Shown here: positions 63,475 to 64,000 of the stretch, in pieces
Position numbering within the stretch: position 1 is the first letter of the stretch
How the letters are laid out: each line of letters begins with the position of its first letter
Assembly: GCA_018819405.1 (NCBI GenBank)
Contig: JAHJQF010000001.1
Coordinates: 577,377-641,376, forward strand
DNA length: 64,000 nucleotides
From: Patescibacteria group bacterium
GTDB lineage: Bacteria; Patescibacteriota; Patescibacteriia; UBA1558; GWA2-36-10
Direction: 5' to 3'
Position numbers and translations under genes: made by a program
The notes under the pieces: generated by a model
Databases searched by the model: none
The model's input: only the letters and a program-made list of their open reading frames with translations
What the model was told of the DNA's origin: nothing

Positions 63475-64000
63475 ACTAGCTAAGTTTTTGTCTCAGGCCG
63501 GAGTTGCTTCTCGTCGCAAGGCAGAAAATTTGATAAAACAGGGCAAAGTAAAAATTGGCCTTCATATAGTCAAAGATCTGGCTACAAGTGTCCCCGAAAA
63601 TAGTCAGGACATTTTTGTAAATAATAAAGCTGTAATTTTAGAAAAAAAAGTTTATTATCTTTTGAATAAACCGACTGGATATGTTTGTTCGGTCTCAGAT
63701 CCGCATAATAAAAAAACAGTCATGTCATTGGTACCAAAAGAGCCAAAAGTTTTTCCAGTCGGACGCTTGGACAAAGATTCGCAAGGATTAATACTTTTGA
63801 CCAATGACGGAGACTTGGCTCACCAGTTGACTCATCCAAAATTTGAAGTAAAAAAAACTTATTTGGTTACTGTAGATAAAATTTTGACTAGAGATATTGA
63901 ATCAAAATTAAAAAAAGGTATCAGTTTGGAAGAAGGTTTGGCCAAAGTGGATAAACTGAAAATTTTGTCCAGCAAGAAATTGGAGATTGTTATTCATCAG
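63455..64000 (+). CDS. rluB: RluB/RsuA-family pseudouridine synthase with N-terminal S4 domain (3' end outside window)
   Basis: S4 RLAKFLSQAGVASRRKAENLIKQGKVKIG and catalytic PVGRLDKDSQGLILLTNDG. Its start overlaps the scpB end by 20 nt. The ORF is open at the window edge. Confidence 0.8.
   Translation, partial: MEQKKIRLAKFLSQAGVASRRKAENLIKQGKVKIGLHIVKDLATSVPENSQDIFVNNKAVILEKKVYYLLNKPTGYVCSVSDPHNKKTVMSLVPKEPKVFPVGRLDKDSQGLILLTNDGDLAHQLTHPKFEVKKTYLVTVDKILTRDIESKLKKGISLEEGLAKVDKLKILSSKKLEIVIHQ

Noticed and set aside
1-64000. CRISPR array or cas genes
   Set aside because: No run of regularly spaced direct repeats was seen anywhere. The only repeat-dense regions are protein-level repeats inside the Rhs gene, and the GC hairpins are single terminators.
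1-64000. Alternative genetic code (UGA recoding as in some CPR lineages)
   Set aside because: eno, pgk, both gpmI, dnaB, argS, the P-type ATPase and the 2170-aa Rhs protein are all full-length with the standard code. Island genes also terminate normally, so code 11 suffices.
1-64000. Diversity-generating retroelement (common in CPR genomes)
   Set aside because: No reverse transcriptase gene and no near-identical template/variable repeat pair with adenine-specific mismatches were found.

Overview
This is a 64 kb, AT-rich (about one-third GC by eye), tightly packed bacterial fragment with mostly co-directional small genes and a reduced cell-wall and metabolic gene set, reminiscent of a small-genome Patescibacteria/CPR-like organism (inference only). 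All core genes (eno, pgk, dnaB, argS) read through with the standard code, so no UGA recoding is needed. Content in order: (i) a polymorphic-toxin neighbourhood at 1.5-11.6 kb, comprising a signal-peptide mini-Rhs protein with a CHAP amidase tip plus a membrane-anchored immunity gene, then a 2170-aa secreted SpvB-N/FG-GAP/RHS-repeat (Tc-BC-like) protein with an unrecognised C-terminal tip and downstream small acidic ORFs; (ii) a pgk-eno-gpmI-gpmI glycolytic block with two tandem iPGM paralogs; (iii) envelope genes (PAP2-like, uppP, manC-like, mltG); (iv) rplJ-rplL with a consensus promoter and L10 leader; (v) a reduced dcw block (mraZ-rsmH-ftsL-ftsI-murF); (vi) tRNA-Glu and tRNA-Val; (vii) rplU, recR, ybaB, dnaB, tRNA-Lys, argS; (viii) a P2-type ATPase, tRNA-Asn, an ABC exporter, a PIF1-like helicase and an Smr protein; (ix) a NuoF-like subunit plus an [FeFe]-hydrogenase; (x) an ECF sigma/anti-sigma pair divergent from an MFP+RND efflux pair; (xi) asnS, tRNA-Thr, a short aspS; (xii) scpA, scpB and a partial rluB. 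Six short GC-rich (about 52-60%) islets with proteobacterial-like codon use, canonical Shine-Dalgarno sites and their own GC-hairpin terminators punctuate the window, in contrast to native genes that mostly lack SD sequences. One islet (61.95-62.15 kb) appears non-coding and is framed by a perfect sigma70 promoter and an intrinsic terminator, making it an sRNA candidate. A dispersed 13-15 nt motif (AATTTCTAACGGG) abuts many start codons and recurs in inverted orientation after stop codons. No CRISPR array, integrase or transposase was seen.
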